From Micavibrio sp. UBA2400 (GTDB taxonomy: Bacteria > Pseudomonadota > Alphaproteobacteria > UBA2400), in NCBI GenBank assembly GCA_002343265.1, contig DDSC01000031.1:5614-69613 (forward strand): a stretch of DNA of 64,000 nucleotides. The letters run 5' to 3'. Position numbers and translations under genes: made by a program. Below, one piece after another: positions 56,194 to 64,000 of the stretch (positions are counted from its first letter, which is position 1; every line of letters begins with the position of its first letter). Below the pieces are notes generated by a model. The model worked only from the letters and a program-made list of their open reading frames with translations, was not told the DNA's origin and ran no database searches.

Positions 56194-56967
56194 ATGCCCT
56201 CGGAGCTGCAAACCCTTCTTACAACTGGCCTGTTCGCGTGGATTTTGGTGTTCGCGCGGGTCGGGACCGCGTTCATGTCGCTGCCCGGTATTGGCGAGGC
56301 CTTTGTTGCGGCCCGGGTTCGCCTTCTGCTGGCCCTTTTGGTCAGCGCTCTGCTGGTGCCAGGTCTTCTCCCCCAGCTTCCCGCGATGCCGACCCAGCCA
56401 TTCTCCCTTGCGCTACTGGTAGGGGGCGAAGTGTTCTATGGTGCCTTTATTGGCCTACTCGCCCGATTGATTGTGGCTACCGTTGAAGTGGCGGGTATGA
56501 TAATTGCCATGCAAATCTCTCTTTCAAACGCATCGGTGTTTAATCCGGCGATGGCGGCGCAAAGCTCGCTCACCAGCGCCCTGCTGGGCATTACCGCGCT
56601 GGTGTTGCTGTTTGCAACTGATCTGCATCATTTGCTGTTGCTGGCCGTAGCCGACAGCTATACGGTCTTTCGCCCCGGCATCGCCCCCCAGTTTGGCGAT
56701 TTCGCGTCTGCCTATGCGCAGTTACTCTCACAGAGTTTTGTCGTAGCGACACAGCTTGCTGCGCCTTTGATCATTCTCGGGCTGGTGTTTTATCTGGGGC
56801 TGGGTCTGATGAGCCGTTTGATGCCACAGCTGCAGATCTTCTTTATCGCTATTCCGGCCCAAATCTATCTTGGTCTGCTGGTGCTGGGCCTAACCCTGTC
56901 CACCCTGATGCTGCTCTGGCTTCGCTATGCGCAGGAGACGCTGCAGGGCTTTCTGGATATCCGGTGA
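56194..56967 (+). CDS. fliR: Flagellar export apparatus protein FliR
   Basis: 257 aa, polytopic. FAWILVFARVGTAFMSLPGIGE is an N-terminus typical of FliR. Confidence 0.9.
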   Translation: MPSELQTLLTTGLFAWILVFARVGTAFMSLPGIGEAFVAARVRLLLALLVSALLVPGLLPQLPAMPTQPFSLALLVGGEVFYGAFIGLLARLIVATVEVAGMIIAMQISLSNASVFNPAMAAQSSLTSALLGITALVLLFATDLHHLLLLAVADSYTVFRPGIAPQFGDFASAYAQLLSQSFVVATQLAAPLIILGLVFYLGLGLMSRLMPQLQIFFIAIPAQIYLGLLVLGLTLSTLMLLWLRYAQETLQGFLDIR

Positions 56968-56970
56968 ACC

Positions 56971-58056
56971 ATGGCTGAAGAATCCGAAGACCAATCCAGT
57001 AAAACGGAAGAACCAACCCAGAAAAAGCTGGATGACGCCCGCGAGAAGGGCGAAATCATCCTTTCGCGCGAGGTCAATCATTGGTTCATGATTCTTGCGG
57101 CGACTGTCTTTCTGCTTCTGTTTGCAGGTCCCGCCGCTCTTCAACTTGGGGCCGGATTGCGCGATCTTATCATTCGCCCACATGATTTTGCCGTTGGGGA
57201 TGTTGCTGGGGTTGGTGCCCTGTTTAGCGATCTGCTTCGCTTGGTTCTGCTGGCTCTGCTCCTGCCATTTCTGGCGTTTCTTGTGGCGGCTATCGCCGGG
57301 GCGTTGGTACAGTCCGGCTTTTTGTGGGCTCCTGAAAATATCGTACCCAAGCTGGACCGGGTGTCCCTGATTCAGGGGTTTTCCCGTCTCTTTTCCCTGA
57401 AGAACCTGCTTGAGTTTCTTAAAGGCATACTCAAATTAACTATTGTCGCCGTTGTGCTGCTGGCACTGATCTGGCCTGTTTTACCAACACTGGAACATAC
57501 CATTGACCTACCGATTGTAACGATGCTGGGCGAGTTGAAAATCATCAGTCTGCGGTTACTCGGCGGTGTGCTGGCGATCATGTTTGTGATCGCGGTTATG
57601 GATTATCTCTTGCAGCGTCAATTGTTCATGATGCGGATGCGGATGAGCCGCCATGAGCTGAAAGAAGAATTCAAACAGGCCGAAGGCGACCCGCAGATTA
57701 AACAGCGGATACGCCAGATCCGTGCCGAGCGCGCCCGTCGCCGCATGATGGCGGATGTACCTAAGGCGGATGTTATCATTACCAACCCGGATCACTATGC
57801 CGTTGCGCTCGAGTATAAGCCGCCCCAGCACAGTGCGCCGATTGTCATAGCGATGGGGGTTGATCTGCTCGCGCAGAAAATCAAAGAGATCGCCCGCGAG
57901 CATAATATCCCAATTGTCGAAAATCCGCCGCTGGCCCGCGCACTCTACGCTACTGCCGATCTCGACCAGCAAATCCCCCAGGAGCACTTCAAGGCTGTGG
58001 CTGAAATCATCAGCTACGTTTTCAAGCTGAAAGGACGTAGCGGGAAAAAGCCATGA
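56971..58056 (+). CDS. flhB: Flagellar export apparatus switch protein FlhB
   Basis: MAEESEDQSSKTEEPTQKKLDDAREKGE, four TM segments, an NPxH autocleavage site (ITNPDHYAVAL), and PIVENPPLARALY. Confidence 0.95.
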   Translation: MAEESEDQSSKTEEPTQKKLDDAREKGEIILSREVNHWFMILAATVFLLLFAGPAALQLGAGLRDLIIRPHDFAVGDVAGVGALFSDLLRLVLLALLLPFLAFLVAAIAGALVQSGFLWAPENIVPKLDRVSLIQGFSRLFSLKNLLEFLKGILKLTIVAVVLLALIWPVLPTLEHTIDLPIVTMLGELKIISLRLLGGVLAIMFVIAVMDYLLQRQLFMMRMRMSRHELKEEFKQAEGDPQIKQRIRQIRAERARRRMMADVPKADVIITNPDHYAVALEYKPPQHSAPIVIAMGVDLLAQKIKEIAREHNIPIVENPPLARALYATADLDQQIPQEHFKAVAEIISYVFKLKGRSGKKP

Positions 58057-58490
58057 AGACGTTGTATCCCAATCAGTCCGGTGCCATTCTCATCCTGTTT
58101 GGACTTTTGCTGGTCCCCCTGTTGGGATTACTTGGTTATGCCGTTGACTGGACACGGGCCCAGGCCATGCAGCGGGAATTGCAAGCGGCGGTCGATGCGG
58201 CCGCGTTTGCTGGTGGGAAATCGTTTCATCTGGGTGATGATGGCTTGAAAAAAGTCATTCAGGATTATTTTGCCGAAAACTGGTGGACAAAGCCGCGGGA
58301 TGTCCGGCTCGGGGCCTTTACAGTTGGGATCGACCGTGTTGGCACGACGGAATACGCAAAGCGGCTGGCTATTCATGTCGATGCCTATGTTCCCACCTAC
58401 TTCCTTGCGGTCATTGGTGTCCGCTGGCTGCATGCCGCTGCCGAAACTTCGCTGGCGGTTCCCCGCATTAAGGATGATGAATCACGTTAA
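58053..58490 (+). CDS. TadE/TadG-like (Flp pilus assembly N-terminal motif) protein
   Basis: ATGA overlap with flhB. SGAILILFGLLLVPLLGLLGYAVDWTRAQAMQRELQAAVDAAAFAG matches the TadE/G-like N-terminal pattern. Confidence 0.6.
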   Translation: MKTLYPNQSGAILILFGLLLVPLLGLLGYAVDWTRAQAMQRELQAAVDAAAFAGGKSFHLGDDGLKKVIQDYFAENWWTKPRDVRLGAFTVGIDRVGTTEYAKRLAIHVDAYVPTYFLAVIGVRWLHAAAETSLAVPRIKDDESR

Positions 58491-58593
58491 GGGATTCACT
58501 CAAGCGAATCGCATTTTTCTGGCATTCCAGAGCGTAAAGTTTTATTAACTTTGCTAACCAACAATCACGCCCACAAGGCTGATTCTATTTTTA

Positions 58594-61176
58594 GTGCGGA
58601 GTTTTCAGGTGAGTTTACCGGACGATCAATCATCTACCCCTCAAGCAGTGGTAAGCGACCCTATAGCCGCTTCGGCTCCTTCGGTTACGGTGAGTGAGGG
58701 GCACCCACTGCGCTGGGCTGGCTGGATCATCATTCTGATTGCTGCGCTGGGTCTGGGGCTGGAGCTGTTTGGTCCACGTTATAATCTGGTGCTCAATGAT
58801 TCTCTGATGCAGGCGCTGCTGGGCAGTCTGGCTATTTGTGCGGCGGTTATTTTAGTCCTGCTCGACAAGATGCAGGGTCAGATAGAGCATGAACGCGAGA
58901 TTTTTGCCGAGACCGCGGATAATCAGAGTGCCGGCATGGCCATTTGTGCAGCCGATGGCCGGGCGGTTTATAGTAATGCCGCCTTCTGGCGTCTGCTCGA
59001 ACCATACCCGATGATGGGGATCGATCATTCCCGCCCGGAAACGGTTTTGGAGAGCTATTTCGCCGCTGATACCAAAAGGGCGAGTGACTTCGCCAAGGTC
59101 AGGTCCGAGGCGCATGCCGGACAGTTCGGCACCTGTGAGCTACTGCTCAAGGATGCCGATGAGGTAACGCGCTGCTTTCTGGTTAGCGCCTGGCCAGCCA
59201 AGGCTATCAAAGGGTATGTGACTTGGCGATTGGAAGATATTTCGCCGCGGGTGCAGGTTCAGGAAGCTATCGCGCGTGAGCAGGCCCGCTGGGCCGACTT
59301 CATGGATCATGCCCCAGTGGGTTTCTTTTCGGCAGATGCCAATGGCAAGCTGGTATTCGCGAACTCGACCCTGGCGCGCTGGCTTGGCACCACCGCGCGC
59401 GAGCTGACGGCATCGACTCATCTGCACGACATTCTGACCCGCCCATCGGATGGAGCCGCACTTTACGATATAAGCGTTGAAGGTGGCGATTTTCAGCAGG
59501 GAGAGTTCACTCTCAAGGGGCCGAACGGGCGGCAGCTGCAGGCGCTGGTGGCGCAGGCAATTGATCGCACGCCCGACGGTGCTTTGCGTACGCGAGCCGT
59601 TGTTCACGATCTGACAGCCGAGCGGAAATGGCAACAGGCACTGCAAGACAGTCAGATGCGCTTCCGCCGCTTTTTCGAAGAAAGCCCGATTGGTGTGGCG
59701 CTGGTGGCCGATGGCGGCATGCTGGCCGAGTGCAATCCGGCCTTTTTGCGCATGATCGGCTCGGACGCACCCCAGATCCTTGCACAGCCGCTGTCTAATT
59801 TTGTTGAGTCTGGCCCGGTGGATCTGCTCGCGCATCTTGCTCGCGTTCTGCTAAGTGATGAACTATTACCACCGCTCGAAGTCAAATTGAAAGCCAGCGG
59901 TGGTCGCGAACTGATGGCACAGATTTATGCTCGCCGTATTGGCTCGGATGATGTGACGGGTGCCCGACTTATCCTGCACTTTATCGACATGAGCGAGCAG
60001 AAGAATCTGGAGGCGCGCTTCGCTCAGTCGCAAAAGATGCAGGCGATTGGTCAGCTGGCCGGTGGTGTGGCGCATGACTTTAACAATCTTCTGACGGCGA
60101 TGATCGGCTTTTGTGATCTGCTCCTGTTGCGCCATCGTCCCGGCGATCCCAGCTTTGCCGATATCATGCAGATCAAGCAGAACGCCAATCGCGCTGCGGG
60201 TCTTGTGCGTCAGCTGCTAGCCTTCTCGCGTCAGCAAACTTTACAGCCGAAAGTACTCAATTTGTCGGATGTTCTGGTGGACTTGTCTCACCTTATCCGA
60301 CGCCTGATTGGTGAGAATATCCAGCTGAATTTGGTGCATGGGCGCGAGCTGGGCATGGTCAAAGCCGATCAGGGCCAGATTGAGCAGGTTATCATCAATA
60401 TGGCCGTCAATGCGCGGGATGCCATGCCTACGGGCGGCAAACTCACCGTGACTACCAGCAACCTAGCCTTGCGCGCGCCGCTGCGCCGCGAGCATGAGGA
60501 AGTACCGCCGGGTGAATGGGTGGTGATCGAGATCAATGATACCGGTACCGGCATTCCACCAGATATCATTGGCCGCATCTTTGATCCCTTCTTCTCCACC
60601 AAAGAAGTGGGCAAGGGCACGGGCCTTGGCTTGTCCACCTGTTACGGTATTGTTAAACAGACGGGTGGTTATGTCTTCGTCGATACCGAGATGGGCCGCG
60701 GCACCACCTTCAGTATCTATCTGCCGCGCTATGTACGGAGCGCCGCCGAGCAGGCGGAAGTCCAGAAGCAGGAACAGGCCGAGAAGGTGGCACCCGATCT
60801 TACCGGGGCAGGCGTCATCATGCTGATTGAGGATGAAGATGCTGTGCGTATGTTTGCCGCGCGGGCCTTGAAGAATAAAGGCTACACGGTGGTCGAGGCA
60901 CGCTCAGGCGATCACGCGCTAGAGGTTATTAAAGGTCATACCGGCAAGATCGATCTGATTATCTCGGATGTCATGATGCCAGGCATTGATGGCCCGACCG
61001 CTATGCGCGCGATCAAGAAAGAGCGCCCCGGTGTAAAAGCCATCTTCATTTCTGGTTATTCAGAAGACAAGTTGCGCGAGAGCTTTGAAAGCGGCGAGGA
61101 GGTTCACTTCCTGCCCAAGCCGTTCAGCCTTAAGCAGCTGGCCGAGAAGGTGAAGGACGTTCTGAACGGGAATTAA
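58594..61176 (+). CDS. cckA: Hybrid sensor histidine kinase/response regulator, CckA-like
   Basis: GTG start at 58594; alternative GTG at 58609 with a GGAG SD. Two TM segments, PAS repeats, and the H-box QLAGGVAHDFNNLLTAMIGFCDLLL..LLAFSRQQ, very close to Caulobacter CckA as I recall it. HATPase and a C-terminal receiver (DLIISDVMMPGIDG). Confidence 0.8.
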   Translation: MRSFQVSLPDDQSSTPQAVVSDPIAASAPSVTVSEGHPLRWAGWIIILIAALGLGLELFGPRYNLVLNDSLMQALLGSLAICAAVILVLLDKMQGQIEHEREIFAETADNQSAGMAICAADGRAVYSNAAFWRLLEPYPMMGIDHSRPETVLESYFAADTKRASDFAKVRSEAHAGQFGTCELLLKDADEVTRCFLVSAWPAKAIKGYVTWRLEDISPRVQVQEAIAREQARWADFMDHAPVGFFSADANGKLVFANSTLARWLGTTARELTASTHLHDILTRPSDGAALYDISVEGGDFQQGEFTLKGPNGRQLQALVAQAIDRTPDGALRTRAVVHDLTAERKWQQALQDSQMRFRRFFEESPIGVALVADGGMLAECNPAFLRMIGSDAPQILAQPLSNFVESGPVDLLAHLARVLLSDELLPPLEVKLKASGGRELMAQIYARRIGSDDVTGARLILHFIDMSEQKNLEARFAQSQKMQAIGQLAGGVAHDFNNLLTAMIGFCDLLLLRHRPGDPSFADIMQIKQNANRAAGLVRQLLAFSRQQTLQPKVLNLSDVLVDLSHLIRRLIGENIQLNLVHGRELGMVKADQGQIEQVIINMAVNARDAMPTGGKLTVTTSNLALRAPLRREHEEVPPGEWVVIEINDTGTGIPPDIIGRIFDPFFSTKEVGKGTGLGLSTCYGIVKQTGGYVFVDTEMGRGTTFSIYLPRYVRSAAEQAEVQKQEQAEKVAPDLTGAGVIMLIEDEDAVRMFAARALKNKGYTVVEARSGDHALEVIKGHTGKIDLIISDVMMPGIDGPTAMRAIKKERPGVKAIFISGYSEDKLRESFESGEEVHFLPKPFSLKQLAEKVKDVLNGN

Positions 61177-61511
61177 GCTGCCGGCCTCAGGATACGCAAA
61201 TAGTCGCGCGTTGCTTGAAGTGCTTTCGGGCAAGCTGGCGTGTTTGTGGCGCGACCTTCGCACTGGCAGATAAAAAGGCGCAACGCGGCCGTCATGGACG
61301 AATGAGGTACCGGGTTCCAGCCATTCGGTTGCCGATCCTGCCATTGGCTCATTTCGCCGTGAAGGAGCCAGAGCATGGAGAGTTGCGGCGGCGAGGGCTG
61401 GCGCTGCTCATTCAGCCAGCCATCGAGCGCCTGATGTGCGCCTTCGCAGATACGGCCAAAGGTTGGCGTTGGTTCGCGGGTGGCAAAACTGTCAAGGTTC
61501 ATATCGGCCAT
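61173..61511 (-). CDS. Hypothetical protein
   Basis: 112 aa, convergent 4-nt overlap with cckA, weak SD. Protein-like composition and no recognised motif. Confidence 0.3.
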   Translation of the reverse strand: MADMNLDSFATREPTPTFGRICEGAHQALDGWLNEQRQPSPPQLSMLWLLHGEMSQWQDRQPNGWNPVPHSSMTAALRLFICQCEGRATNTPACPKALQATRDYLRILRPAA

Positions 61512-61724
61512 AAAGTATCTCTAAAAATCTAGTTGGAGAGCGTATGCTAGTCGTGTCCGTACGGCAAGGTCACGAAAAATCGGCGAGCACCAAATTATTT
61601 GCTAAAAAGCCTCAAAATTAGGCAGTTACTTTTGCAATACCGCTCTTGCCAAAACCATTAACCATCGCCACCTTACACTCTAGTCATTGGTGATTCTTTT
61701 CTTCCTGAACATGCAGGTGCTTTA

Positions 61725-64000
61725 ATGGTTGATTTGCCCAAAGGTGTTGTGTTTCCGGTGCTGCCGTTGCGCGATATTGTGGTGTTTCCCCACATGATCG
61801 TGCCGCTGTTTGTTGGCCGCGAAAAATCGGTCAAGGCGCTGGAAGACGTGATGCGCGAGGACAAGCAAATCCTGCTCGTCACGCAAAAGAACGCCGGGCA
61901 GGATGACCCCGGTCCGGCTGACCTCTATTCGATCGGTACTCTTGGCACTGTTCTGCAACTGCTCAAGCTGCCGGACGGCACGGTAAAGGTACTGGTGGAA
62001 GGGCAGCAGCGCGCCCGTGTGTTGCGCTATACCGATAAGCCCGAATTCTATCAGGCTTATGCCGAGTTGGTGCCGGACACCGGGTCGGAAGGCGAAGAGC
62101 AGGAGGCGTTACTACGCGCGGTCACCTCGCAGTTTGAGCAGTATGTAAAGCTCAATAAGAAAATTCCCCCGGAAGTTCTGGTCTCGATCAGTCAGATTGA
62201 TTCACCCAGCAAGCTCGCCGATACCGTTGCCAGTCATCTCGCACTCAAGCTGCCGGAAAAGCAGACCCTGCTGGAGCTGTCGAGCGTTGATGAGCGCCTT
62301 GAGAAAATATATGGCCACATGGAAGGCGAGATCGGTGTGCTACAGGTTGAGAAACGCATCCGTAACCGAGTCAAGCGCCAGATGGAGAAGACCCAGCGCG
62401 AATACTATCTGAATGAGCAGATGAAAGCCATTCAGAAGGAGTTGGGGGATGGTGAAGAAGGCAAGGATGAAACTGCCGAGCTGGAAGAGCGCATCAAGCA
62501 AACCAAGCTGAGCAAGGAAGCCAAGGAAAAAGCCATGGGCGAGCTGAAGAAGCTGCGCCATATGAGCCCGATGAGTGCTGAAGCCACCGTGGTGCGCAAC
62601 TATATTGACTGGCTGGTTAGCATCCCATGGAAAAAGAAAAGCAAGCTCAAGCATGATATCGCCTACGCGCAGAAGGTTCTGGATGAAGATCATTATGGCC
62701 TTGAGAAGGTCAAGGAGCGTATTCTTGAATATCTCGCCGTGCAGACCCGTACCGACAAGGTGAAAGGCCCGATCTTGTGCCTCGTTGGTCCACCTGGTGT
62801 TGGTAAGACATCGCTCGGCAAGAGCATTGCCAAGGCGACAGGGCGCAACTTTGTCCGCATGTCGCTAGGCGGTGTGCGTGATGAAGCGGAAGTGCGCGGT
62901 CACCGCCGTACTTATATCGGCTCCATGCCCGGTAAGGTCATTCAGGGCATGAAGAAAGCCAAGACCAGCAATCCGTTGTTCCTGCTCGATGAGATCGACA
63001 AGTTGGGGCAGGATTGGCGCGGCGACCCGTCGAGTGCGCTGCTGGAAGTACTCGATCCGGAACAGAACAATACCTTTGCCGACCATTATCTGGAGGTCGA
63101 TTACGATCTGTCGGATACGCTGTTTATCTGCACGTCCAACTCGCTCAATATGCCAGGGCCGCTGTTGGACCGTATGGAGATCATCCGTCTGTCCGGCTAT
63201 ACCGAGGATGAAAAGGTCGAGATCGCCAAGCGCCACCTGATCGCCAAGCAGATGGAAGCCAATGGCCTCAAGACGGAAGAGTTCGAGATTACCGAGGCGG
63301 CGCTGCGTGATGTAATCCGCTATTACACGCGCGAGGCAGGGGTACGTAACCTTGAGCGCGAGATTGCGACCTTGGCCCGCAAGGCGATCAAGGAGATCGT
63401 CAGTAAGCAGGCCGAGCGTGTGGTCGTTACGCCCGACAATCTGGAAAAATTCCTGCTGGTGCGCAAGTTCCGCTATGGCGAAATCGAGGATGCAGATCTA
63501 GTGGGTGTCACCACCGGCTTGGCATGGACTGAGGTGGGCGGCGATATCCTCCAGATCGAAGCCGTAGCCTTGCCGGGCAAAGGCCGTGTTCAAACGACCG
63601 GTAAGCTGGGCGATGTGATGAAGGAGTCGATCCAGGCGGCTGAGAGCTTCGTCAAGTCGCGTGCGCCAGCCTATGGCATCAAACCGACTTACTTTGGGCG
63701 TCGTGATATCCATGTACACGTGCCAGAAGGTGCCACACCCAAGGATGGCCCGTCGGCGGGTGTCGCTATGGTGACTTCAATTGTCTCGGTTATGACGGGC
63801 ATCCCGGTGCGCAAGGATGTCGCCATGACGGGTGAGATCAGTCTGCGTGGCCGTGTGTTGCCCATCGGCGGTCTAAAAGAAAAGCTGTTGGCGGCGCTGC
63901 GCGCAGGCATAAAAATCGCACTTATTCCAAAGGAAAACGAAAAAGATCTGGCCGAGATACCGGACAATGTCAAAACCGGGCTTACCATCATTCCCGTGAC
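61725..64000 (+). CDS. lon: ATP-dependent Lon protease (3' end beyond window)
   Basis: Not in the ORF track because it is open-ended. My translation from the ATG at 61725: [35 protein letters not shown].. ; Walker [10 protein letters not shown] (about 62790); protease region PKDGPSAGV (about 63740). Confidence 0.97.
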   Translation, partial: MVDLPKGVVFPVLPLRDIVVFPHMIVPLFVGREKSVKALEDVMREDKQILLVTQKNAGQDDPGPADLYSIGTLGTVLQLLKLPDGTVKVLVEGQQRARVLRYTDKPEFYQAYAELVPDTGSEGEEQEALLRAVTSQFEQYVKLNKKIPPEVLVSISQIDSPSKLADTVASHLALKLPEKQTLLELSSVDERLEKIYGHMEGEIGVLQVEKRIRNRVKRQMEKTQREYYLNEQMKAIQKELGDGEEGKDETAELEERIKQTKLSKEAKEKAMGELKKLRHMSPMSAEATVVRNYIDWLVSIPWKKKSKLKHDIAYAQKVLDEDHYGLEKVKERILEYLAVQTRTDKVKGPILCLVGPPGVGKTSLGKSIAKATGRNFVRMSLGGVRDEAEVRGHRRTYIGSMPGKVIQGMKKAKTSNPLFLLDEIDKLGQDWRGDPSSALLEVLDPEQNNTFADHYLEVDYDLSDTLFICTSNSLNMPGPLLDRMEIIRLSGYTEDEKVEIAKRHLIAKQMEANGLKTEEFEITEAALRDVIRYYTREAGVRNLEREIATLARKAIKEIVSKQAERVVVTPDNLEKFLLVRKFRYGEIEDADLVGVTTGLAWTEVGGDILQIEAVALPGKGRVQTTGKLGDVMKESIQAAESFVKSRAPAYGIKPTYFGRRDIHVHVPEGATPKDGPSAGVAMVTSIVSVMTGIPVRKDVAMTGEISLRGRVLPIGGLKEKLLAALRAGIKIALIPKENEKDLAEIPDNVKTGLTIIPV

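Noticed and set aside
58545-58559. CtrA-box-like TTAA-N6/7-(T)AAC upstream of cckA.
   Set aside because: Only one proper TTAA half-site is present. The second half is TAAC/AACC at the wrong spacing for TTAA-N7-TTAAC.
61645-61680. Sigma32-type heat-shock promoter upstream of lon (CTCTTGCC ... CCACCTTACA).
   Set aside because: The -35-like CTTG is present, but no -10 element of the CCCCAT/CCTAT type falls at an acceptable 13-18 nt spacing. I cannot support the call.

Overview
This is a 64-kb, G+C-rich chromosomal segment. Its gene content fits a flagellated alphaproteobacterium: a CckA-type hybrid kinase, PdhB with an N-terminal lipoyl domain, hflKC plus DUF2065, minCDE and a class I PHA synthase. 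Most of it is housekeeping: tpiA-secG-pyrG, kdsA-eno-ftsB, pdhA-pdhB-pdhC-lpdA, nhaA, rplM-rpsI, phaC, hom-recJ, hflKC, mrp, phoH, minCDE, rpmJ (too short for the ORF track), nrdA/nrdB, and lon (3' end runs off the window). A flagellar export and rod cluster spans roughly 49.3-58.1 kb: fliOP, flgBC-fliE, fliQ, fliR-flhB. I found no rRNA, tRNA, CRISPR array, transposase or integrase. The parts worth a second look are: (1) an AT-rich type II restriction-modification cassette wedged between nrdA and nrdB; (2) a csrA-led, ATGA-coupled operon encoding a 513-aa membrane protein with eight CxxC motifs, a FlhB C-domain-only paralog and a coiled-coil protein upstream of fliOP; (3) a pair of large signal-peptide-less peptidoglycan-hydrolase-like proteins; (4) a stand-alone C39-like cysteine peptidase abutting pyrG; (5) a STAS / RsbW-like / REC-PP2C partner-switching module; (6) two candidate small RNAs with intrinsic terminators and CCUCC motifs; (7) membrane enzymes interrupting the fliQ/fliR genes. 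All functional calls rest on motif recognition in the supplied translations and on reading the DNA directly. No database search or folding computation was possible, so family assignments for non-housekeeping genes are provisional.
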